From: the human T2T-CHM13v2.0 reference genome, Homo sapiens
DNA length: 64,000 nucleotides
NCBI RefSeq assembly: GCF_009914755.1
Contig: NC_060929.1
Direction: 5' to 3' (one strand)
The notes beneath the pieces are model-generated. The model was not told the origin of the DNA. It did no database searches and saw only the letters and a list, made by a program, of their open reading frames with translations. The first letter of the stretch is position 1; each line of letters begins with the position of its first letter. Positions 1 to 14,236 of this stretch are shown here, one piece after another. The position numbers and the translations under genes were made by a program.

Positions 1-30
1 AATATAAAGGCATATAAATTTTAAAATGTC

Positions 31-335
31 GGCTGGGTGTGGTGGCTCACGCCTGTAATCCCAGCACTTTGGGAGGCCGAGGCGGGTGGATCACCTGGGG
101 TCAGGAGTTCACGACCAGCCTAACCAACATGGAGAAACCTCGCCTCTACTAAAAATACAAAATGAACTGGGCATGGTGGCACATGCCTGTAATCCCAGCT
201 ACTCAGGAAGGCTGAGGCAGGAGAATCGCTTGAACCCATGATGCAGAGGTTGAGGAGAGCTGAAATCACACCACTGCACTCCAGCCTGGGCGACAGAGTG
301 AGACTCCATCTCAAAAAATATATGTATCTAAAATA
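31..335 (+). mobile_element. Alu SINE (AluSp/Sq-like), full length
   Basis: GGCTGGGTGTGGTGGCTCACGCCTGTAATCCC start, two monomers, A-rich tail; TSD AAATTTTAAAATGTC on both sides; ACCAACATGGAGAAACC diagnostic. Confidence 0.95.
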
Positions 336-837
336 AATAAATTTTAAAATGTCTTCCTTCTCCTTCCTACTTTCTCACTCCCTATGTTAACGATACATAC
401 TTTCTACACTCTATAACATAGAAAAACACATATATACATGTTATTTTTTTTAAGTTGATTTTTTGTTTGTTTTTACAAAAATGTGATCTTCTCTATGTAT
501 TACTTTTCAAATATATGTATCATCTGTTTCCTTTATCAGTTTGTCAGACATACTTACAACATGACTTTAAATGATATAATCGTAAACTAGTGAAATGTCT
601 ACCAAGGATTAATTTAATCTAAATATATTTTAATATAAAAATGTCTCATTAAGTTCGAGATCTCACTTTCCATCTTCCCATGCTCTCTGGTCTCCATCTA
701 GCTAGTCCTTTTCAAACATCATTTTTTCCTCCCATCCCTATAGTATCCACACACTACATGTACACACACACATATACACACACACTGGAAGCTCAGGCCG
801 GCAGAATTCATAGTAACATTGAGTGATGACTAACAGC

Positions 838-1041
838 TAGTGGTGTGCTGGTAAATGTTTAACAACCAGCTTTGGTGGAAGGTGGATGATTTATAGTGTT
901 TGCCTATTTCTGTGGTTTAAATGCATCCTTTCGACATGGCCTTTTTTGAGCTACTGATGTTAGATCAACCAGTTCACATTTCCTGAAATTTTAACAACTG
1001 GCTTTCACAAATCTAAATGAGCTGGCTTCAGGCTGCCACTG
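838..1041 (-). mobile_element. hAT DNA transposon MITE, MER63A-like
   Basis: Termini TAGTGGTGTGCTGGTAAATGTTTAACAACC ... GAGCTGGCTTCAGGCTGCCACTG are imperfect inverted repeats; ~200 bp; matches recalled MER63 ends. Confidence 0.65.
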
Positions 1042-2086
1042 ACAGAGGTTATGTTGTCAACAATAGAAGGTGCTATGATTTATATAAAGTATCCTGTTGT
1101 TGGTGGAGAAACTCATCTAGGGGACAGCCTCTTTTTCAGGAAATCCAAAAAGTCATCCCAGACCTCTGCCTTGATCCAAAGTTGACAAGAGACTGGAGAA
1201 TTCAACTTTCTAAGGATCCCATGAGTCCCTTTTAAATACTTTAGGGATCTTTAATGTAGCTCCCAATCTGGCAACTAAGCTTTTGTGAACTTTATGCGCT
1301 TGTCTCCATTTTACCAATGTTGAAGCTAAGAGTTTGCCCAGGCATCCTGCAGGAAGTCTTAAAGCCCAGCTCAGAACCTATTGTCCCTGGCCTCTGGAAT
1401 TCAGAGTTATAGAAAAAAAGGGAACCTGGGAGATCAAGTACCTCCTCAGGTGGTCCTTAGACCCAATGATGTTTGAAGACCCTTTCCTAGTAGGTGACTA
1501 TTTCTTCCATGGCAGCATAACTATAACTGCCATAAAGACCCTGAGATAGAAGGTGGTACCCAGAAAGTGTGCAACAGAAGGGCTAACATAACATCCAGCC
1601 AACTATGAATCTTCCCACACAACTGAATTATGAAGTTAACTGTAAATATCTCACAAGCTCTATTGGCTAAAAAAGTTAAATCAAGGGACAATAAAGGGAA
1701 GATTTAAAGAAATTAAAATGTAAACACAGGTTAGTAACTACTGAACTCTGGCATTTTCCTCCGCTACTTTTAATTAGTTGTCTTCATGCTTTTTGCCTAA
1801 GAAACAGGAACTTGCCACTGCAACTCCAGGGACAACATTCTGGGCTTGGTAGGTCCCTGCCTTAGACACGTAATCAGAAAACACTGAAAACTGTTTGCCC
1901 TTCTCAGAGCGAAGGGCCTTTCACATTGTCCCTTCATACACTGCTGAGGCTCAGGACCATGGCTGCTTTCAGGCTGTGTCCTCTGAAGAAAGCCTTTTCT
2001 ATTTCTCATCCCTTTTGGGGTTCAATCTGCCCATGGGTCTTAGGAAACAGAGAGATTAGAAACAGTTAACAGCATTGCTTAAAACC

Positions 2087-2420
2087 TCATTCATTCCTTT
2101 CTAAAATATTTACAGGATGCCTATGGCAGGACATAGCAGTAAGCAAAATAGACTAAATCTCTATCCTCAAAGAACTTATGTCCTAGTGGGGTTAAAAAAA
2201 AGACAATAAGCAAATAAACTTGTAAATATATGAAATATCAGATGGTTAAATGGCTAAAAAGAAAAAGAAAAACAGACTATGAAAAGGGAGAGGGGTTCTG
2301 GGAGAGGGTGTGCAATTCTTTGCCATGATGTGGTCAGGAAGTCCTCACTGGTGAGTGGATGTCAGAGCAGTGATGTTCAGGGAGTCAGGAAGAGAGCTCT
2401 AGGAGCAACTGTGGAAGGAC
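2087..2420 (-). mobile_element. L2 LINE 3' fragment
   Basis: CATTCATTC..AAATATTTA..GATGCCTA..GAACTTATGTCCTAGTGGGG pattern typical of the antisense L2 3' end. Confidence 0.6.
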
Positions 2421-5400
2421 GCTCCCTCAGAGGCTCCAGGAAGGACAAAGATCATTCCTTTAGGGGTCCTAGGAAAGATTTCAGGGCACAGGTCTCTGCA
2501 GTCTATGATTTCCAAAGGATAACGGATAAAATGGCCCTCAAGCGTGAAGTGCTGTTGCTGCAGGGTTGGAGGCTCTGCCCAAGTCCTCAGGCCCCTGAGG
2601 CCCAGTGAGTGACACCTAGCTTCAGGGTTAGACCATGTCTGCCTTGTAGGCTGGATATCTTCTTGTGGTTCCAGGTCTTAAGACAAGGTTTCCAGGGAGA
2701 GAAAGAACCAGGGCCCTCTCAACGCTCCTCAAGAAACGCCCCAAATCCACAAAAACACCACATTACTCTCTGATGAAGATAACCCTGCCTATCAGCTCTG
2801 CATCGCAAGAGGTCAGCCCAGGCAAACCTGCTACTCCCCAAAAGCATCTCTCATGGGGTTTTATTGATTTGTGCTTCTCCTCTGAGTACTTGCTGACAGC
2901 AATAGTGCAGCGACAGTAATCTCATTGTACAGGTGTCTCTCCCACACTTTGTACGGGTCAAGTCTGTCTTTTCAAATCTGTGGGTACAGGTGATGTTGAC
3001 AGAGCCTGGAGCTGTTTACAACTCGCCTCTTTCCTCTACCATCTGCCCAGGTCTTGGGTCAGAGAGAATCCCTCTGCTTTTGATTGTTGAGTGCCAGGTT
3101 GATCTATTTGCCCTTGAGATCATCCAGAAGTCTCCATTATGCCACATGAGTGGGTGTCACATTTTAATAGATTCTTAACATATTCTTCTCTCACCACTGA
3201 TTTTACTTATTCAATTTCCCACACTGAAGACTATTTTATTAATGAACTACCCTTTCTCCACCTATGAATTAAAGGTGGCTAAACTCTACTAGGCCAGCTT
3301 TCCCCTGTGCCAGCCAATAAATTTCTATTTTCAAGCCTTGTTGGAGTTTCTGCCTTATATCTAAAAAACCATTTAACAGGTGGGACTGTTCTCATTGGAA
3401 AGAGCTGTCCTCAAAGCTTCATTCCCTCTCTGACCTCCAGAGTCACCCTAGGGTCACCCTGAGAGTCCTTCTTGTAGGCCTCAAAGAGGTCAAAGGATTT
3501 TCCTTAGTGCCTCTCTACAATCGTGTTTCAGAAGTGTTATTAAAATTGGTGAAAGGCTTTCTGTTCCAACTGTGCCTACACAAAAGAATCATTATTAATT
3601 GGACCTTTAGTTGCCAACTGACCAATTTTTTCTTTGCTGATGGAAATCATGGGCTTTTCCAAAATGTGCAGTCCTCATGTCACCTAGCACAACAGGCCAA
3701 CCAGAGGCCACATCAGCTGTGTGTGCACCTCCACCCAATAGCAAGGTTTCTAACCATGAAGCACACTCAGGGAAGAAATGAGAGCAAACTAATGAAAGGC
3801 CAAAAACTTCTATTACTACTGCTTGCCCTTAGGGAAATATTAGGCCTAAAGGAGCCTATCTTCAAGGACAGGATGAAGGTTAAAAGATGTGCTTCCCTTA
3901 AGAAAACAATTAGCAGCTGTGCTAGGGTTTCCTTGAGACACTAACAATAATATCAACAACTTCTTTCTTAGCTGTTAGAAAGGAAAGAAAAAGGATAGTG
4001 AGAATAATGTAACCTTTAGTTTTGATTGAGAAAGGTACCGGAATTGCTCAATGTCCCATGAAATCCATTTGAATGGATCCTGTTTAAGCGTGCCAGCTGG
4101 AAGCAATATTATTTATAAAAGCAACAGGCAACATTCAGTAAGGAAACAGAACCTGTGAAATAATGTGGAAAAATTTTATTTCTAAACTTCCATTCTTAAT
4201 GCTTTTCTCACTGGGGGTTTATATAAATTAAACAGATTTTGTTTGAGTATTTCCAAAACTCCCCAAATCTTTCACTGAATGGAGTGCTTTCTGAGCACTT
4301 TTTGCATGGAATTTCACAGACCCAAGGATAGAGATACAGCTGGGAAGATTTTGGATATCATTAAATTTAGAAATTGCCTCATAGATCAAGAAGAAGTCAG
4401 AATCTCTGTTTAAAAATCCATTGTGATTGCTGGAGCATGGGAGCCCTGTGGGCTGTGTAGGATGTAGGATCACCTCAGCGTGCCTTGCCTTCTCTCCTCA
4501 GGCTCCTGAGGGTCACTCTGTCTTAGAAAAGAGAATATTCAGGAAGTCACAGAGCTCCTTAGGAAGTAGCCTATTTTTCACCTCCTGTGCTAAGATAAAT
4601 GGTGACAAATACTTGAATCCAAACATGGTTGTTTCGAGAGAAGCAATGAAAGGGATTAAAAGTTTTTAATATGGGAGAAGACTAGGTTGGTAGTTGTTCA
4701 AGCACACAAACTTCATCTTTAAGATAATCTGGATACCTAAACTGGAATGCCACAATAGCGCTGTCAAACATTTTGACCAGATTTTGATACTCTTAGAAAA
4801 CAAAAAACTAAGGTATCTTCATCAAGTGTTTTCTTGAAGAGTTTTAAGGAGTATTGACTAAGAATGGATAATCACTTAGAAAAGGTTTGAGAATAGCATT
4901 TACTTATTTTCTAATCTATTAAAACACATTAATATAAAAGCACATCATCCACAATGGCATAGAGTAACAGTTCAGAGAAACAGTCTAGAAGCTAACAAGT
5001 TGTATTAGTGGTATCTGTCTTAGATCATCAAGAGTACAACTTTTGAAATATGACTTAGAGCTAAAACTCTGAGTAGAAATATCTCCTCATCAGTCATAAA
5101 TGGTGACTTTCAGGTCAGCAGGAGCCTTAGAGACCATTTTGTTCAAAGTTGATGCAAGACTGGAACCTCTCAGCAGCATCCCAGTACTTCAAGGACAGCC
5201 CACTCTGCTCCATCAGGAATTTCTCCAGTTCTTAGAGGTTTATATCCCTCCATTCATGGCATGAGTGGCTGAAGCTGTCTCCTGGACATGACACTTGGGT
5301 TTTCCAGAAAGGTCCACACCCCTAGGTGCTTCTGGGAGGTTCCTCCTGACAGGTCTCTAACTGCTCCAAACATATACATTCTTCCTTTTATTTATAGCCA

Positions 5401-5909
5401 ATGATGTACATTTTATATACAATCTATATACATTCACTTTATGGAGGGCCAAAGATTTTTACTAGTTAAATAGAAGATGAATGATTATAGATTATTAATA
5501 TTTGAGGCTCATCAACTAAACTTAGCCACATTGTTAAAATTTAAGGAAGAAGATATTCCGTAAGAAGATATTCCATATTTAATGCAATGCTTGGCAGTAC
5601 TAGCAAGCTACTTCTATGAACATGAACAAGTAGTTGATTTTTGGTTTTTAATTGTTGCATTTTTTGGGTTTAAATTATAAATGAATGTTACTTTAGCTTT
5701 ATCATTTTTGATTTAATTTGTTGAGATTTATTTGGCCATTTATTGAGGGTCATTAGGTTAAACATTATTTGGATATTTGGTTGATGAGTATTAGCATTAA
5801 TAGTATAAGCTCAAACTGCAAATTGTTTATTTTTTTCTTCTAAGTTGTCACTGGGTTCTTTTTCAATTGGAAAGGTGGAATGAATCAGAGAGATGGATTA
5901 GAACCATAA

Positions 5910-6545
5910 AAAATGTTCCACATCACTAATATCAGAGAAATGCAAATTAAAACCACAGTGAGATACCATCTCACACGAGTCAGGATGGCTATGGTTAAAA
6001 AGTCAAAGAAACAACAGATGCTGGCGAGGCTGCAAAGGAAAAGGAAAACTTATACTCTGTTAGTGAAAATGTAAATTCATTCGGCCTCTGTGGAAAGCAG
6101 TTTGGAGATTTCTCAAAGAACTTAAAACAGAGCTACCATTTGACCCAGCAGTGCCGTTATTGGGTATACACATCCAAAAGAAAACCAATCTTTCTACTGA
6201 GAAAACATGTAGGTTCATCACAGCACTATTCACAATAGCAAAGACATGGAATCAACCCATCAACAGTGGATTGGATAAAGAAAATGTGCTGGAGGCCATT
6301 ATCCTAAGTGAATTAATGCAGGAATAGAAAATCAAATACCACATGTTCTCACTTTGAAGTGGAGGCTACTAGATGGGAGAGGGAGGGAGGGGGGCAAGGG
6401 CTGAAAAACTATTGGGTACTATGCTCAGTGATGGGATCATTCATATCCCAAACCTCAGCATCACGTAATATACCCAGGTAACAAACCTGCACATGTACCC
6501 CCTCAAGCTAAAATAAAAGTTGAAAAAAATAATAATAAAATAAAA
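5910..6545 (+). mobile_element. L1 3' end (old L1PA/L1PB) with several internal deletions
   Basis: CAGAGAAATGCAAATTAAAACCACAGTGAGATACCATCTCACAC (ORF2 end), G-rich 3'UTR, AACAAACCTGCACATGTACCCC, AATAAA and A tail. Confidence 0.9.
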
Positions 6546-7637
6546 TATTTGTTAAAAAGAAAGAAATCATTTTACTGGAGAACAAGAATAAAGACCATCT
6601 CTCAAGCTTCTCCACCTCCAATGTTCTGACCATGCCTTGGTGATAAGTTTAATAGAGTAATTTTTTAAAAGAGGAACAATGTTTTCATCAGTGTGCTTTT
6701 CTCCAGATATTTTGAAATCAAATAGTAAAACTTGTGTGTATATTTATTTTTAAAATATGACAAATGAAGATAATATGGAAATGCTGAATGGATCATGATT
6801 TGTGTAGTGGATGAATTATGTCACCTACAGAGGCCTGCGTTCCCAAATGTGGTGGAAGTGAGACATTTGTAGGGCTGTCTGGGCCAGCTCTACAGAATAA
6901 AAAAATTACACAAAGTAGGGAAAATTCCCAAAAAGCCGAACCTTTTTCAGAGAAGTCAATTTGTCCTTCATTGATCTGAGGAAGAGTAAAGGGAGTAAAG
7001 GCTTCTCAGTAGGCACCAAGTACCCATTTGGTCTGTCAAGATATTAGATCTTGGTAGCAAACTTCAAAGGGCAGTTTCTAGTGCTTTTTTCCAGCATTTG
7101 CTTTTCTTGGGCCACACAAAATATCCACCGTGTCCTTCGGGAATAAAGCCTGAAAGAAAAAGAACAGATCCCAGTTGTTTAGAAAATTAGCTTATTTTTA
7201 TTATTCTAATGGTGAATGATTAGCCTTGGAAATGTCTGATTTTAAAGATCTTGTAATTTATACTGGCATGGTTTATGGTGTCTTTAAATACGGAACCAAT
7301 CTGTTCTTAAATATTTAATTAGTGTAAAAGAATTGGGCGTGGTCTGCGGAAGAACGCCTTGTGCTGTCTATTGTCATTAATTCAGCAGTTCTCCCCTGCC
7401 CAGAGACAGCTGTACAATGTGCAAGGGCTGTCCTGAAATAACTGGACCAACATATAAATGTCAAAACAATAAACTAATGCTTCCCTTCAACTTGATCATT
7501 TGGTCAAATGCTAACTTCCAACTCCTCCGGCGCAGTCTCACCAGTACCTAGACAGAAAAATGAGAGGCATATACCTCAACTCTACCCATGTAAAATCCTT
7601 CACCAAGGTCAGCAATTTCCTACCCATTATTTGCTAA

Positions 7638-7936
<299 letters not shown>

Positions 7937-8191
7937 AATTTGCTAAGAATTTGAAGACTTGACTCCACGATTCATTTTTCAGTCTTCACCCAATCATTTC
8001 AAGAAATTTAAAGCATCCTTCAAGTTCTATATATGTGGTCTCGAGAAAAGGTTAAGCTTCTCCTGAGTAATTAGAAACCCTAGGGAAAAATGCATCACAC
8101 CTTTAGAGTCATCTGGTAGACTACTAACAAAAAGACAAAAGAGGTTCATTAGAAGTAGTATGATCTTTGTTTGCCAATTACTGTTTTCCTG

Positions 8192-9010
8192 TTCATTTAA
8201 TAAATACTTAGTCATCATCTGTTATGAGCCAGGCTCTGTGCACACATAGTGACAAACAACATGAAGATGATTGCCTGTGTCTCTTCTGGTACTTTCAGAC
8301 CAGTGGAGGACATCATTAAATTAACAGACATTTGTAAGGCAGAGTGTAGCATGCTAAGACAGGGTAAATATGCATCTTTGTGACAACATCTGGGAATAGC
8401 CCCTAATTGAGCCTGAGAGTAGGTGGGGAGGTCTCTCAGAAGAAATGAAATGTAAGTGGAAATATGAAGTGTCCATAGGAATAGAGGTGAGAATATCAAG
8501 GAGAAGGGTATTATATTTAGTCCCTTGAAAAGGAATAAGGGCATTTCTTGGAACAGAAAGTTGTCCAGAAATAAGGGTAAGGAGGTAGGCATTGCCAAGA
8601 GCAGTTGGTAGCCATCAGGTGATTTTAGATATAGTCAGATTTATATTATAGAAACAGACTGGGAGCAATGTGGAGAGAGGATTGGAGAGCATGGGCCAAG
8701 GTTAGCTACTGCAGCAAACCTGGTTGGGGGCAGATATTGGCTCTCCTTTGGAAAGAGGTAATGAGGATAGACACGGAAGCCATAATGGGTGGGATGGTGA
8801 GAGATGGGAGATGTCTAGAGGGAGAACCCGGTATGCTGCTCCAAGAGCTTGGGCCAGAGAGTGGAAGGTGGCAGCAGTCATGGAGAGGGGGGAGTCTGTT
8901 GAGGAGCAGGCTGGGGAGTAGGCTGAATTTGATTTTGAACACACTGCCTTTTGGAATATCTAAGTACATGTGGTGGTCAAGAGTAAGTTGAAAATGCAGA
9001 TCTGAAAAAG
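8192..9010 (-). mobile_element. L2 LINE fragment
   Basis: TCATTTAATAAATACTTA..GCCAGGCTCTGTG start then purine-rich degenerate L2 body. Confidence 0.55.
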
Positions 9011-10059
9011 AAATTGCAAACAGGATTGGAAACTGTTTTAAATACAAGTCAAGGAAACAAATGGGAAATTTAGATCCTCTTTTATATGTTTTCCTAGAAT
9101 TGTTTTTTGGTAATTAACTTTATAAACATCCTTTGGAATCTTCAAAGGGGAAAATATCATCTCCCACCTTTGTCTTTCAAATATCTATGACAGCACTATA
9201 ATTTCTAATGAGCTTGTTTATTTTTAACATTATTCCTGGGAATCAAAGAGAAAAGAATAGCAGGGAATAAAAGAAATTGCTATAGGAGGAGCTAGGTGAA
9301 GAACACCTACACCATGAAATATAGTTTTAATATACAAAAAATGAAATAGTTCCAATCTCATAAAATATTTGCAAAGAAAATTAGATGCATGAAGAAGTAC
9401 AACATCTTAGTGGGCTTTTATTGGTCTATTTTTTTAAAGGTTACTTAATTCTCAGTTTACTAATTTCCAGAATTAGTGTTTTTGTGTCTTTGTTGATTTT
9501 TATGGAGTCAATTAAATACAGCTCAGGGACGTGGCAGTATCTTTCCCCAACTGTAGCCCCCACAACTGTTACTAATAACAACACAAACACAGACAAAGGA
9601 TCTTTAACAAATGAGAATAACATACCGGTGGCTTGAGTAGAGTCATGAAGGAAAAAATGTACTCTATTTTTTAGTAAATTATCCATTTTCCCAAAAATTT
9701 GCATTGTGAAATGGAATGAAAAATAAAACATGAACTCATATTTAGTACCTACTTTATATTCATTCTAAATTTATTTTCTAAGACTTAGAACTGTTTTTAA
9801 AACAGTCTACATTGTCAGGTCATGATACACCTTATATAGCAAAGGGGGAAAAACAGTGCAAGGCTCACATGCAAAAAATACACAGATGCCTTTCGCAGTC
9901 TCAAAAAAAAAAATCAAGGATTCCTGTAGCACGTGTGTGTCTTTTTCTGGTTGATTTTTAGTCAAGAGTTTGGTAGATACATTCTTGCCCTGACCAGGCT
10001 TCTAAGATCAGTGGTTTCCATTTATTTTTGTAGAGACTGAAGAAAAGGAATGACTACCC

Positions 10060-10444
10060 TGTGTGTTAGTCTGTGAGGGCTGCCATAACAACATGCCACA
10101 GACTGGGTGACTTAAACAATGGAAATGTATTTGCTTATCATTATGCAAGCTGGAAGTCCATGATCAAGCTTCCAGGAGCTTTGGCCTCTCTCCTTGGCTT
10201 GCAGGCTTCTTGCTGCGTCCTTATATGATCTTCCCTGTGTACATGGGCATGTCTAGTGCCTAAATTTCCTCTTCTTACAAGGACACCAGTCAGACTGGGT
10301 TAGGGCCCACTCTAAAGATCTCATTTTAACTTAAATATTTCTTTAAAGACTTTATGTCCAAATATGGTTACATTCTGAGGTACAGAGGGATAGGACATCA
10401 ATATGTGAATTTGTGAGGTGGGGGACACAATTTGGCCCACAACA
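10060..10444 (-). mobile_element. MLT1 (ERVL-MaLR) solo LTR, MLT1A/B-like
   Basis: TGTGTTAGTC..GCTGCCATAACAACATGCCACAGACTGGGTGACTTAAACAA ... GGGGGACACAATTTGGCCCACAACA; TG..CA ends. Confidence 0.85.
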
Positions 10445-11086
10445 TTCTCTTGCCTCAAGTTAGCATGCAGGAGATCAAGAACAATGCTAAAGGTTTTTGA
10501 GAAAAAAAAAAAAACAGGAAAGTTTCCTTCTACCCCTGTGACTTTATAATCTACAAATGAACTAAAAAACGAATAAAACTACTCTTCTTTATGAAAAAGT
10601 AAAAATTTAAATTTATCTAAACACAGAATGTTAAACCACATCTTGAGGACATATTTTGGCAACCTATGGAAATCCTAATTGAGTATCTGTTAATGCTCTG
10701 TTTTCAGCAAACTCACCTAGCAAGCTTAGTTAGAAAAGAGGCAAACCTCCAGGGCTGGCGAGTTATTTATGGTTAATTCTGAGGGATGACACTTCTAAAT
10801 TTGTACAAGCTGCAGCTCAGCTCATGTTTTCTGTAAATAAGTACTGGAGACATTCTAATTCCAGTTGAGTTAGGAGGTTAAGCCCTAAAAACAAATTTTT
10901 CTCCTTAAAAACTGTGTCTTCTATCTTGAAGATTTTGTATTCTTATCCTATTAAAAATCAAGAAAAGCTATATTTTTTAAGTTCATAAGATTTTGGCATT
11001 AATTGTAGTAAAAATTAAACATTTAAAATCAAGTCTGTAATCATCAGAAGAATAAATTGTGCTTTAAAATCTTCAAAATCTTCAAA

Positions 11087-11145
11087 AGTGTGTGTGTGTG
11101 CGTGTGTATATGTGTGCGTGTGTGTGTGTGCATCTGTGTGTGTGC
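11087..11145. repeat. Imperfect (TG)n microsatellite
   Basis: Direct reading of GTGTGTGT... tract. Confidence 0.9.
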
Positions 11146-11789
11146 ATGCACATCTCCAGTCATTGAATTAACAACCCATGTTGCATATTGGGCATTTTTA
11201 TAGTCTGAGCTTTCTCACATTACTTTCTTCCCAACAAAATTCAATGCCTATATTGTGTGTGTGTGTTTTTTAAGTAGTTCTTATTAGAAAATAATCACAT
11301 AATGCCGATAAGGAAACAACTTATGGAGGTATTAATCACTGGTTATGACATACTTATTTAAAGTCTTGGAAATAAAATGAATACATAAAGGTAATCTCTA
11401 ATGATAGAAATTCAACTATTATAGCATATTCAAATTCATTAATATAAACATAATTAAAAATACACTTGAAAGTATACATACACACATATGTACACACATA
11501 CTCCTGATTAACATATGATCTTTAAATATTACAATTCACATTATGAAAACTTAGAAAAAGTACATAATAAGAATATTATGTCAAAAAATCTTGTGAAATA
11601 AAATTTAATTTGATACAAGGAAAATCAAAACATTAATTGCAAGTTTTTTAAAACTGTAAATAAGTTAAATTGCTAATTTAAAAATGCAAGATAAAAATAG
11701 CATAGTAAATTCAAATAAATAGAAGGAATTAAATAATTAAAGGAATAGAAAAAAATATGAACCCTGGCAAATCAATTTTTAAAAAAGAA

Positions 11790-12400
11790 AAAGAAAAAGA
11801 ACAACCCAGTAGAAAAATAACCAAAGTTATGAGAAAGCAAAAGTTACAAATAAAACTGAATAGCTAGTAAATACATGAAAATATCTTTAATCTCACCAGT
11901 ATTCAGGAAAGCAGAAATTAGTACAGTGAGGTACAATTTCACACTCATCTGATTGGATAAAATAGAAGAGGCTTCAATACTAGAGAAGAAGTGAAAAATA
12001 GGAAGTCTTGCAAAATGCTGGTAAGAGTTTACACTGGCGGAATCACTCTAGAGCCATGAGGCAAACTCGGATTCGGATGAAAATGCATGTGTCCTCTATC
12101 TGTGCAATCCCACTTCTGTGTATGTAACCTGAAGAAACTCCTGCACCAGAAGAATCGCTGCAAAATGATCTAGACAGTATAATCGCATTAATGTGAAAAT
12201 TTTTAAAGATATATGATAAGGGCATAAAACACGCCTGTGATAAAGGCATATGTAAAAGAATCAGTGGAAAAAAATAGAGTAACAACTTTTTTCAAAAACA
12301 CAGAAAAAATTACAAAATTCAGAATAGTGATTGCCTCTGGGGGGAATAAAAGGGAAAACAGAACTGGGGATTAGAACAAAGTAGATATCAAACTTAGTAA
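11790..12400 (+). mobile_element. Ancient L1M (L1ME/MD-like) ORF2-end/3'UTR fragment
   Basis: AACAACCCAGTAGAAAAAT..AAATACATGAAAATATC..GTACAATTTCACACTCATCTGATTGG..GCAATCCCACTTCTG degenerate L1 motifs. Confidence 0.6.
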
Positions 12401-13686
12401 ATAAATATGACACACACACATGCATACATGTATATTTAATATATAAGTTACCAATAAGAGCTGAACCAAATCACCAAAACCCAAACTATATATTTATATC
12501 TTGTTCATGTTCACATCTAGCTAAAAACCAAACAAAATAAAAATTCCCTGGAGCATGGGCATCTTTAAATTATGTTACATGTGTCAGCAAGTCCTGTCTA
12601 CTGTGGGTTATCTTGGGGCTTCAATCTCCTAAATATTGAAACTGTAGCCAGAATAGCTAACCTTTTCAAGCAATTATAATATTCTCCTCTAAGCCAAAGA
12701 AAGGAGTTATTCTGCAGGCTGATAGAATTTGAGGGAAAAATTTAATCGTGGCCACATTAAAAGGCTTAGCCCTCTTCTAAAAGATGATCTTATTCTTAGG
12801 TTATTGTCTGTGTAGCTCTTATTCAGAAAATATAGATTGGAGCAAAACTCAAGTGTTAACATTCTTATAACTCCTTCTTTCTCATTTCGCAGTCCTGCCT
12901 TGTTCTTTTTCACTAATGGGTTGATAATAGATAATCAGCTAATTAATTCTCCTATGGCATATAATTTATACCTCTACTCTATCATTTTTATTGTTTGAAT
13001 TATTTTATTAAAATTGCATCTTGTCAGAATTATTTTACATGTTCATCACTTTCAAAATTATTTAGGCTTTTAATTCACTGTCCTATTGTCCAATGGTGGG
13101 CACATGCAGAGCTCACTAAATAAATACTGATTTGAACTTCTTTGAATGATCTCTTCTGGTCTCTGTTTATATTACATTATAAATATAAAATAGTAAACTC
13201 CTTGAGAGCAAGGACATTATGTTCCATGTATCCTCCTTATACTACATGCCATCGTACATATAGCAATTGCTTCATATTATTTGAATGGTTGTTTAGGTAG
13301 AAGGATAATATTTTTGTTTGTTTTCTTTACCAAAGCAAAGCTGTATTTCTGTTAATATTCAGGGGGTACCTGTGGTTGAAAGCTAGTATTTCTTTGCAGA
13401 TGACCTGTTTGTGCTCCTAGAATTAATAAACCTATGAATAGAAAACCTATATTTTCTAGATTTGCAAGATCAGATCACTGCAGTTAGCAATAAGTGTTAC
13501 AGTAAGCTGTATAAAAAACAATTCAGTTAAATTTTCTGTCTCAGAAAATGTCTCAATTTTTAATCAAGACAGAGAACTTGAAAATTTCTCTTCTATCATA
13601 CACCAGAAAACGTACACAATGTTTACCATGCATCCACAATTAAGTGACAATTAGAGATCAGCTTAAGAAAATGGAAATCATAATGA

Positions 13687-14236
13687 TGAAAGGTAAGAGA
13701 ATATGCCATCCCAAAATATGCCACTTTGACATAAGAATTATTTTGAGCTGAGGGCAATTGAGCTACAAAAAAGCCTCTCTTCCCTCTTCCTATTTGTCTA
13801 AAAGCAGGACATAAATTGGTAAAGGTGTTCTTACTCCCCTCTCTGCCCAAATAACAGAAGTTAATCACCAGAGATGTGCCTAGACCCTTATCAGCCCAGA
13901 GATGGCACTAGAGGAATCTACAAAACAGATTACTGACCAGCCCATATCTTTCATTAGTTCCCCCATATATTAACCTTCCCACAATTTGTTGCCCTAGAAA
14001 CTCAAAGTCCTTTCCCTTTGTCTCATCACTTGTCTAAAAAATGTATTGTTCTTTTGTTAAACTATACAAGCTGAAATTCTAACCACTCCTTTGAGTTACT
14101 CATCAACTGAATACTCCCATGCACGGTGTACAGATGGACATGTAAATAAACTTCTGCTTTTCTCGTTAATCTGTCTCTTGTCAGTCTAATTTATAGGGCC
14201 CCAACCAATGAACCTAAGATGAGTGGAGGAAAAATA
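13687..14236 (+). mobile_element. ERV1 solo LTR, MER34/MER39 family
   Basis: AATATGCCATCCCAAAATATGCCACTTTGACATAAGAATTATTTTGAGCTGA start; AATAAACTTCTG..TTAATCTGTCTCTTGTCAGTCTAATTTATAGGGCCCC end. Confidence 0.75.

Noticed and set aside
3507-3944. 145-aa ORF in unique DNA
   Set aside because: GTG start, no recognisable domain, no convincing splice boundaries
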